A stretch of DNA of 63,963 nt, counting the filler, from Barthelona sp. PAP020 (Eukaryota), in the NCBI GenBank assembly GCA_040182905.1. It is 3 parts of 3 records of this genome, joined end to end, with 100 filler letters (N's around TTAATTAATTAA, not from the genome) between each part and the next. Parts side by side here need not be neighbours in the genome. Positions count along the whole stretch, not along the records: positions 46,146 to 63,963 come from JARQWU010000234.1; 2 more parts are not named here. One strand, 5' to 3'. The notes under the pieces were generated by a model that searched no databases, was not told the DNA's origin, and saw only the letters and a program-made list of their open reading frames with translations. Below, one piece after another: positions 63,853-63,963 of the stretch. The position numbers and the translations under genes are program-made. The stretch's first letter is position 1; every line of letters starts with the position of its first letter.

Positions 63853-63963
63853 ATGAAAATACTTGCTGGATTGGATGTTGGTTCAACTACTGTTAAATTA
63901 GTAATTTTTCATGGACCTGAATGTGTCTTTAAGAAATACTTAAAACACAATGCAGATGTTCGA
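63853..63963 (+). CDS. 5' end of an ASKHA-fold ATPase resembling CoA-substrate-specific enzyme activase (BcrAD/BadFG/HgdC family), truncated by the window
   Basis: MKILAGLDVGSTTVKLVIFHGPECVFKKYLKHNADVR contains the GxDxGSTTxK phosphate-1 motif and a Y.RH..D-like segment. Not in the ORF track. Confidence 0.75.
   Translation, partial: MKILAGLDVGSTTVKLVIFHGPECVFKKYLKHNADVR

Overview
AT-rich, gene-dense and almost intron-free eukaryotic DNA, read with the standard genetic code. It is most consistent with an anaerobic flagellated protist, probably metamonad-like. That is an inference from an IFT-type Tctex light chain with ~40-nt introns and the 5' end of a bacterial-type CoA-enzyme activase. The window is three contigs joined by artificial 100-nt N/TTAATTAATTAA linkers (23077-23176, 46046-46145), so synteny across those joins is unverified. 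Recognisable housekeeping genes: a TORTIFOLIA1/SPR2-like HEAT protein, endonuclease IV, dephospho-CoA kinase, phosphoglucomutase, a Tctex1-domain light chain, PP2A-A, NAP1, RPC4, a C1A protease and tRNA-Cys. The most striking content is a rapidly evolving paralog family. It combines an MLKL/HeLo-like N-terminal helical domain with kinase or pseudokinase domains and interchangeable, internally near-identical repeat modules (ankyrin, WD40), and is surrounded by decayed copies. This is a candidate necroptosis/NLR-like non-self-recognition system in a protist. Also present: two non-coding dispersed repeat families, a candidate structured RNA, a degenerate PARP-like domain and a C2H2-PHD-SET protein. 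Domain assignments come from motif recognition by eye; no searches were run.
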